NCBI GenBank assembly: GCA_011605725.1
Contig: JAAOZP010000017.1
Location: 1-64,000, forward strand
Direction: 5' to 3'
Length of the DNA: 64,000 bases
Source of the DNA: Nitrososphaerota archaeon
Lineage (GTDB): Archaea > Thermoproteota > EX4484-205 > JAAOZP01
The notes beneath the pieces are model-generated. The model made no database searches, had not been told where the DNA came from, and was given only the letters and a program-made list of their open reading frames with translations. The translations under genes and the position numbers were made by a program. Positions 57,493 to 64,000 of this stretch are shown here, one piece after another; the first letter of the stretch is position 1; every line of letters starts with the position of its first letter.

Positions 57493-58951
57493 GAGTATAC
57501 ACGCTAACTGCCTTCAACAATGGGAAAGCCATGTTGGGCGGAGTATATTCCACGCACAGCTCAACGTTAATCATGTAGACACCGCTGGCAACAGTCCTCT
57601 TCAAATCCATGCTTAAGAATATGAATCTTGCTTCCCCGACTGTTATGTTCACACTTTCAATGCTTACCCCTATCTTCGGGAATCCCTCGCCAGTTGAAAA
57701 GTAAAACATGCCTAAATCCGATGGTGCATACGTATCTGACGGGTCATGCTTGTTTACCCTCAGGAAAACTTTGCCTTCAAACCCGTTTAAAGACCCGATT
57801 AGAAAATCGACGGTAGTCTTCCCGCCGGGTGACGCGTCTACACGTGGAAAATACGCCACTATGCCTGGAGCAGGATCATTATAGGTTGAAGAAACATTCG
57901 CAACCCCCAGCTTAACCACCTTTAACTCGCGATTGCGCGACGGGGTTTCTACAACAAAGGTTAAATCATTTATTCCGAATGGGGAACGCTCATCTATCTC
58001 CATCGTAATAACCACCCCGCTGTAGTTCCTCGGGGCTAAAAAGAAGTTGCTACCGTTAAACTCGATGAGACTGAGCCCAATATGGCTTGAGTAAACATGC
58101 ACTGTTTCGTCGAAACCGTAGAGCGGTGTAACGCTCACCAGGATGTTCACAACATCACCTGGCTTAGCAATAGTGATGTTCGGTTTGAAGCATATTTTGA
58201 AGTCTGGCGGAGGAGCCTCTGAAACTTCTATCGTCAGATTCACCAGAGCCTGATAGCTCGGCGATTTTAAAACCACTGTGAAATTATTAACACCAACTGG
58301 AATGCTCCTATTTGTTTTAACACTTATCCCAAGCATTTTCACACCCTTATCTATAACGCTTTTCTCAAGCATTGAACCCGGTAGACCCATTATCGAAACG
58401 TTTACAGTCTCGTTGAACCCGGCGTGCGGGGTTATTGAAATGTTCAACAGGAATGATTCAGTCTGAATGATGCTTGCGGGTTGAAGGTTCACACTGGCTT
58501 CAAACCAGGGTTTCTCAACCTCTTTAACGACCATTTCAAGACATGTTTTCCTCTCAACCTCCAAGTATGAGCCTGAAATGTTAACTAAATACGTGCCTGC
58601 AGAGAGACCAGTTGTGTTCAGAGTTAAGATAGCGTTTCTCGAAGACGGGGATAGAACCCAATTTGAAACAGAGTAGTCGATGCCAACCGGGTTTTCAATC
58701 TTAAGGACTACGCTTCCCTGAAAAGCACCCTCCGGCACAAGGGTTATGAGCATGTTCACAACCTTTCCTTGAAAAACCTCTACCCGCGTAGTGTTCAGCT
58801 CAAGCCTGAAGTCGTACACGGGCGGAGGGGGTGTGAGAACCTTCGTGAACAGAAAGTAGACAAGAACTACTGCAAGCAGAGCTACCGAGACTACTGCGAT
58901 GATTGGAAGCAGTCTTCTAATCTTCTCCTCATCCTCGCCCGGTTCGAACAA
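57473..58951 (-). CDS. N-terminally anchored surface protein with about four tandem Ig-like repeats
   Basis: TM helix plus PPPP, repeats GxF/FxxxVxL...GxYxI, many N-x-S/T sequons. Confidence 0.75.
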   Translation of the reverse strand: MFEPGEDEEKIRRLLPIIAVVSVALLAVVLVYFLFTKVLTPPPPVYDFRLELNTTRVEVFQGKVVNMLITLVPEGAFQGSVVLKIENPVGIDYSVSNWVLSPSSRNAILTLNTTGLSAGTYLVNISGSYLEVERKTCLEMVVKEVEKPWFEASVNLQPASIIQTESFLLNISITPHAGFNETVNVSIMGLPGSMLEKSVIDKGVKMLGISVKTNRSIPVGVNNFTVVLKSPSYQALVNLTIEVSEAPPPDFKICFKPNITIAKPGDVVNILVSVTPLYGFDETVHVYSSHIGLSLIEFNGSNFFLAPRNYSGVVITMEIDERSPFGINDLTFVVETPSRNRELKVVKLGVANVSSTYNDPAPGIVAYFPRVDASPGGKTTVDFLIGSLNGFEGKVFLRVNKHDPSDTYAPSDLGMFYFSTGEGFPKIGVSIESVNITVGEARFIFLSMDLKRTVASGVYMINVELCVEYTPPNMAFPLLKAVSVYTLELRVD

Positions 58952-59037
58952 GTGTCGCCTATAATGGTAAAGAAGGATTTTTAAAGTTCTCGTTTAAACA
59001 GAAACTCTTTAAAGCCTCCTGTAAGTTATGAAGAATT

Positions 59038-60252
59038 ATGCCCCTGGATCCCTACGTCGTCAGAGAGGATTTTCCCATCCTTAAAAGGGTTATAAACGGT
59101 AAAAGCCTTGTTTACTTTAACAATGCTGCGACAACCCAGAAGCCAGTTCAAGTTGTGGAAGCCATAAAAAACTATTATTACAATTATAACTCTGATGTTA
59201 TGCGTAGCGTAAACACGTTGAGCTCTCAGGCGACTGAGCTCTACATGGAGGCGAGGCGTAAAATAGCTGGGTTCATAAGCGCGCAGGAGGATGAAATAGT
59301 TTTCACCAAGAACACGACTGAGGGCTTAAACATGATTGCGGAAGCACTCTCCGGGAGAATCAGGGAGGGGTCTGTGGTCGTGACGAGCATAATGGAGCAT
59401 CACAGCAACCTCCTGCCCTGGAGGAGAGTTGCAACTAGAAACGGCGGGAGGCTGACGATAGTTGGAATGAACCGGGATTTCACGATAGACATGGATATGG
59501 TTGAGAAAAGCCTTGAAGAAGGTTGTGAGATACTTACTGTCGTGCATGTTTCAAACGTTCTTGGAACGGTTAATCCTGCTGGCGAGCTTTCAAAGCTTGC
59601 TCACAAGCATGGAAGCCTCTTCATACTTGACGCTGCCCAGAGCGTGCCGCACATGCCTTTTAACGTTAAAGAAATAGATCCGGATGCTACGGCTTTCAGT
59701 GGCCACAAGATGCTTGGTCCGACAGGCATAGGAGTACTATATGTTAAGAGGCGTATTCTGGAAGAAGTTGAACCCCCGCTTCTCGGAGGCGGGATGGTTA
59801 AGACAGTTACCCTTGGAAACCAGGTTTATGAGGACATTCCCTTCAGGTTTGAAGCCGGCACTCCCAATATTGAGGGCGTAATCGGGCTAGCAGCCGCCGT
59901 CGACTACCTGCGCAAGATAGGAATGGAGAATATTGCTGAACACGAGTTGAAACTGGTTAAGCACCTCTTGGAAGGATTAGACAGGAGCATGGTTGAGGTC
60001 TATGGACCCGGCGAGGCTGCGAAGCATGCCGGCATCTTAAGCTTCAACGTTAAGGGTGTTCACCCCCATGATGTGGCTCATTTTCTCGATGCAGACGGGA
60101 TCATGATAAGGTCGGGCGCCCTCTGTGCTGAGCCGCTTGTAAACGCTCTTGGAGTAAGCGCTGTCGCCAGAGTAAGCTTTTACCTCTACAACACCCTGGA
60201 GGAAGTCGACAGGTTTCACGAATCCGTCAGGAGGATGAAGCAATTCGTATAG
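59038..60252 (+). CDS. sufS: SufS-type cysteine desulfurase
   Basis: NAATTQKP, MEHHSN, DAAQS, SGHKMLGPTG, EAGTP, RSGALCA. Confidence 0.9.
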   Translation: MPLDPYVVREDFPILKRVINGKSLVYFNNAATTQKPVQVVEAIKNYYYNYNSDVMRSVNTLSSQATELYMEARRKIAGFISAQEDEIVFTKNTTEGLNMIAEALSGRIREGSVVVTSIMEHHSNLLPWRRVATRNGGRLTIVGMNRDFTIDMDMVEKSLEEGCEILTVVHVSNVLGTVNPAGELSKLAHKHGSLFILDAAQSVPHMPFNVKEIDPDATAFSGHKMLGPTGIGVLYVKRRILEEVEPPLLGGGMVKTVTLGNQVYEDIPFRFEAGTPNIEGVIGLAAAVDYLRKIGMENIAEHELKLVKHLLEGLDRSMVEVYGPGEAAKHAGILSFNVKGVHPHDVAHFLDADGIMIRSGALCAEPLVNALGVSAVARVSFYLYNTLEEVDRFHESVRRMKQFV

Positions 60253-60303
60253 CTGCTGAACGGGTGAGGAACAACGGAGAGTTCAAAGAATCTCCGGGAA
60301 TTT

Positions 60304-60651
60304 TTGAAACGGTTTAAAAACCCTGCTAACTACGGCGTGATTGAGAATGCTGACCTTGTCTCGGAGGAGACGGATTACTCTTGCGGAGACAGGCTGAGAA
60401 TGTTTTTCAAGCTTGAAAACGGGAGGATTGTAAACGTGAAGTTTACCTCGGAAGCATGCTTGTTCTGCAATGCTTCAGCATCCCTACTCGCCGACCTGGT
60501 TAAGGGGAAAACGCTCGAACAGGCGCTCAGCCTTAAAGAAGACGATCTTCTAAGACTGTTCAACACGGATTCTAAAAGCCCTCGCTACCGCTGTATAATC
60601 CTCCCTTTAAGAGTCATGAAGAAGGCTCTCCAAGGAGTTGGGAAAAGCTAG
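60304..60651 (+). CDS. SufU/IscU-type Fe-S scaffold/sulfur acceptor
   Basis: FKNP.NYG, SCGD, ACLFCNASAS, RYRC; the true start may be upstream. Confidence 0.85.
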   Translation: MKRFKNPANYGVIENADLVSEETDYSCGDRLRMFFKLENGRIVNVKFTSEACLFCNASASLLADLVKGKTLEQALSLKEDDLLRLFNTDSKSPRYRCIILPLRVMKKALQGVGKS

Positions 60652-61310
60652 ACTCCACCGTTCTCCTCAGATCTTTTCGAAAGAATCTCGACCCAAGGAT
60701 TGTCTTTCAAGAAGGAAGGGAGTTCTCCAGCCTTCGTCTGCTCCTTAGGGGGAAAGGTTTTTCGAACAGGCTCTTCAACAGCCATTGTTTTACCCTCCAA
60801 TGTCCTCCTTAGATCCCTGACTTCCCTCAGCAACGAGAAGTATGCTTTTTCAAGAGAGTCGACTCTTTCAGAGAGCTCTCTTATCATCGACTCTATCCTC
60901 ATAAGGCTTCTCTCCAGAGACTGGGTTTCAACAGGTTTCTGAACCTGCCTGATTAGATCCTTCTTAAGCCTGTTCTCCGCCGGAAGCCTCTCCTCCACGC
61001 TGTAATCATCGTACAAGATTAATCCAACACCCTTCTTCAGGAAGGAAGCCGTCTCCACATCCTCCCCAAGGATTCTAGGGGCAGCAACGTAAACCATGCT
61101 GTACTCATCGGCTTTTTCGATCACCGAGGCTAGAGCCTCATAGAGAATAATCCTGTCCGCCTCCTCCTCGAAAAGTATTTTAACCAAGACTTCCTGCCTG
61201 CCGTTTGAGAAAACAAGTTCACTATTCTCCTCAGCATACTCTATAGTCTGGAAACCGTTTTTGGAAAAGTATTTCTCAACCCTCTGCACAACCCTTTTGG
61301 AGAAGCTCAT
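60648..61310 (-). CDS. Arcadin-2-like crenactin regulator
   Basis: ATGA-coupled to crenactin; N-terminal nuclease-like fold, coiled coil, C-terminal DNPWVEILSKR resembling the crenactin-binding C-terminal helix of Pyrobaculum arcadin-2 (recalled, not aligned). Confidence 0.72.
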   Translation of the reverse strand: MSFSKRVVQRVEKYFSKNGFQTIEYAEENSELVFSNGRQEVLVKILFEEEADRIILYEALASVIEKADEYSMVYVAAPRILGEDVETASFLKKGVGLILYDDYSVEERLPAENRLKKDLIRQVQKPVETQSLERSLMRIESMIRELSERVDSLEKAYFSLLREVRDLRRTLEGKTMAVEEPVRKTFPPKEQTKAGELPSFLKDNPWVEILSKRSEENGGV

Positions 61311-62575
61311 CTGAACTTCATCCATCCCTCCATTCTTTCCCAGCTCCACCTGAAACCCTCTGGAACAGCATAGCCGTAAACTATGCATCCCCTCCAAACC
61401 GAATACTTGGGAGAACTCGCCATCACGACCCCTGCTTCCGAAACTCCTTTCTCACCGAGCATAATCTTAATCTTGTCAACCGAATTTACACAGGCGTCTT
61501 CAAGACCTGGAGGAACCTTCCATTCAAAGTTTCCGCCGGACAGTATTATCTGCCTGTACAAGTATGGTTGAAGCTCAACCGGGCATTTCTCAATCGACTG
61601 AACTATTGCCTCAGCCATGTCAACCATACCTAGGAAAAAAGTGTCTCCAACCTTAACATCCCCAGGCCTAGGCATCCCCCTTGCAAAATAGCTTTGAAAA
61701 ACCTCGTGATTAGGGTTAAAAACATACTCGCCTATGAGGAACCTGAGCCAACCGTTATCCTCAAGCGTGATCCTCAGCCTGGTTCCAGGTATGTTTATCA
61801 CTGATGCAAGCTTATCAGGGTTCTCCTTTCCAAACCGGATTGCCTCCTCCAGCCTTCTCGGCACCAAGCCAACCTGCTCCTTCACCTGTCTGACAACAGT
61901 CTCCTCCTTAGCAAGATCACCGTATCCACTGTCCTTCAATATCTCTGCCGTTATTGAGTTAGCATCTCCACCACCCCTGTTTAAAGCTATGATTGCAGTT
62001 CTGACGGGATATCTCGAGATCGGGGTTATCTGCGTATTGCCGTGGCCGGATTCTACGACAACACTCGTCGGAACCTTATGGGATATTGCAACCGCCAGGG
62101 GCTGCGGGATTATCGTGGCTGCCGCAACATTATGCTCCTCCGAATCTATTCTCCTGTAGATGTCGAACAGTTTTTCATACATGTATCTCGGCGCGACTGC
62201 TGACAGGGATGCTACAACGTAAAAACCGTTGAAGCCCTCCTCCTTAGGAGTGAATTCTCTCAACGCCATTCGGGAAACCTCTTCGACAACCTGCCAAGCT
62301 CTAGTGTCATTCTTATCTATCACACCGTTTCTGAAAGGATAGACGAGTCTTGACGCCAAGTCTTCCCTTGCCTCCAGGTAGAGCGGGATATCCTTGCCGA
62401 CTACAACCTCCTTACCCTCACCCATTATCCTAGTCATTATCGCATCCTTATCCGGAAAATACCCTCTGTTCTCCGTCAGCTCCGGTGTTTCCCCAAGCGA
62501 GATCGGGCCATACTTGAAGAAACTAGTACCATAATCCATTCCCATTACGTGTGAACGCTTATACGCCTCGGACAA
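61307..62575 (-). CDS. Crenactin (archaeal actin homologue)
   Basis: Phosphate-1 DYGTSFFKYGP, YPFRNG, QPLAVA, phosphate-2 ESGHGNTQ, adenosine motif LSGGNF, VWRG, W-rich C-terminus WSWERMEGW. Confidence 0.92.
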   Translation of the reverse strand: MSEAYKRSHVMGMDYGTSFFKYGPISLGETPELTENRGYFPDKDAIMTRIMGEGKEVVVGKDIPLYLEAREDLASRLVYPFRNGVIDKNDTRAWQVVEEVSRMALREFTPKEEGFNGFYVVASLSAVAPRYMYEKLFDIYRRIDSEEHNVAAATIIPQPLAVAISHKVPTSVVVESGHGNTQITPISRYPVRTAIIALNRGGGDANSITAEILKDSGYGDLAKEETVVRQVKEQVGLVPRRLEEAIRFGKENPDKLASVINIPGTRLRITLEDNGWLRFLIGEYVFNPNHEVFQSYFARGMPRPGDVKVGDTFFLGMVDMAEAIVQSIEKCPVELQPYLYRQIILSGGNFEWKVPPGLEDACVNSVDKIKIMLGEKGVSEAGVVMASSPKYSVWRGCIVYGYAVPEGFRWSWERMEGWMKFR

Positions 62576-62703
62576 TTCTCTTCACACTCTACTACCTATA
62601 CTCCTTTTTAAACCATTTAAAAAAGGTAATGGGCGGAGCCTCCTAGCTTACCAACCCCCCCTAGCCGTCCTTTAAAAACCTTATAAGACAATGGTTCAGC
62701 AAG

Positions 62704-63225
62704 CTAAATACCCAGTAGGCTTCTAAGCATTTCTGAAACAGTCCTACTTCTAACCGTTTTCCCGGAAAGAATCTTTGAAGCCAGGTTCATCCCCCTGTTT
62801 GGTTTGAAAAGCCTGTAGGAGAAAGTGGCGACCCCCTTATCGGGATAGGTTGAAACCCTGACTCCAACCCCCTCAACATAAAAGTTTTCACCCATTCCTT
62901 GAAGATGCTCGATACTACCCTTGACAGTAAAGTAGACTTCAACATAATCGCATAATTCAAGAATAGTGTTAACAATACTGTCAGCGATCAACGGGCTTCT
63001 TAAACCGGTGAAATGGAGTGAAACGTGAAGGGTTTTCTCAAGCTCCTCCTCATGGAAAAGCGTCATGCTGAAACCCTCGTAAACCTCCGTCCGGAGCCTT
63101 GTAGAAACATGTTTAGAAATCTTCTTAAGAGCTTCGATAAGCAATCGCCAGTATCCGGCTTGCTCCTTGCCAAAATAAGCCTCCACCCTCATGAAATACT
63201 CCTGTTTCTCCGGCTGGCTGGCCAT
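62704..63225 (-). CDS. Hypothetical protein upstream of crenactin
   Basis: 173-aa ORF with typical composition, co-directional with crenactin; no recognisable motif. Confidence 0.65.
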   Translation of the reverse strand: MASQPEKQEYFMRVEAYFGKEQAGYWRLLIEALKKISKHVSTRLRTEVYEGFSMTLFHEEELEKTLHVSLHFTGLRSPLIADSIVNTILELCDYVEVYFTVKGSIEHLQGMGENFYVEGVGVRVSTYPDKGVATFSYRLFKPNRGMNLASKILSGKTVRSRTVSEMLRSLLGI

Positions 63226-63941
63226 CAGCCTGATGACTCTAACAGAAGGAGATTTAAAACATTATCTGCACCATCTACTTAATCCTCCTGCCACTGAAAA
63301 CAGCTTACCAACAGCCTTCTCCAGTTTTCCCAGGTCCATCCGTATTTAATCTGCACGCGAAAAGGATATAGAATCGGAATTCCGTAAACGGTCGTCAACG
63401 GGGTTTCAACCGTAGACGCGAATCCTAGCAGCGCCATCGTAAGGCTCAGCCTCTCGACGAATAATTATTTGTTGTGTAGTATCGTCGTTAATGCCGGAGT
63501 AAAATTATGATTAGCTCTTAATACTTGTGAAGCCGAGTAGGTTGGCTAGCGCGCGCTAATCCAGGCTTCCAGGATTTTTAAGAATAGTAGTCGCAAGAAC
63601 ACGTTGACAAACAAGAATAATAGCGCTCTAGAGCAATACTCTAACGATGTTTTTACCGTGAAAACGGCAATTCTTAAGTATCAACTAATGATTTATTGAC
63701 ATCCACTTATATTTAAACTAGGGGTTCTCCGGTTTTCCAAGATCCTTTTTGACACCACTCTCTGGAAAACCTAGGCTGAACCATAAAGGTTTTAAACACT
63801 GAGTTTTCGAATGGGTGCTAGAGCTTGCCAGCCGTCGAAACCAGGAAAACTATCGGGTTGAAAAAGGTATGGAGCAGGATTATCGCTCGGCTGGACAAGC
63901 TTTCCGAGAAAAAAACAGTCGTGTACTCTCTTTACTTCGCT

Positions 63942-64000
63942 TCAATAATATTCTTCCTCGGAATCATTCTCCTCCCCTCTCTGCTCGGAATCCTGCTTAA
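63942..64000 (-). CDS. Possible acidic C-terminal end of a gene entering from the right edge
   Basis: Minus frame reads ...KQDSEQRGEENDSEEEYY*. Confidence 0.4.
   Translation of the reverse strand, partial: KQDSEQRGEENDSEEEYY

Noticed and set aside
1659-62159. Many short antisense ORFs in the ORF track (e.g. 23648-24193, 32956-33423, 48500-48946)
   Set aside because: Ser/Pro/Thr-rich shadows fully overlapping well-supported genes
63815-64000. 61-aa plus-strand ORF at the right edge
   Set aside because: No family features; the opposite strand reads more like a real acidic C-terminus

Overview
Chromosomal segment of a probably thermophilic TACK-type archaeon. This is inferred from type IB topoisomerase, crenactin plus an arcadin-2-like gene, archaeal TyrRS, Trm5 and XPD, and BRE/TATA promoters. 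Bases 1-19 are a Nextera/Tn5 mosaic-end adapter, not genome. Contents in order: a sugar redox/glycosidase cluster (1-11 kb, including a GH1 gene split at a U_UUA_AAC heptamer); housekeeping genes; a four-gene operon (15.8-20.9 kb) encoding an HTH+V4R-like regulator, a single-domain KaiC ATPase, a GH3 acyl-amido synthetase and a 7TM receptor with a degenerate KaiC/DUF835-like tail; a haloarchaeal-type phosphomevalonate decarboxylase; redox-defence genes; a thiamine ABC operon under a TPP riboswitch whose SD-sequestering platform can be read from the sequence; speD/speE; a membrane protein-wHTH regulatory module; large surface proteins; SufS/SufU; and a crenactin locus. The four-gene operon is the best candidate for an undescribed small-molecule signalling system: it has an internal low-GC cassette and a repeated upstream operator. 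No rRNA, complete tRNA, CRISPR array or transposase was found. All calls come from reading motifs; no database searches were run.
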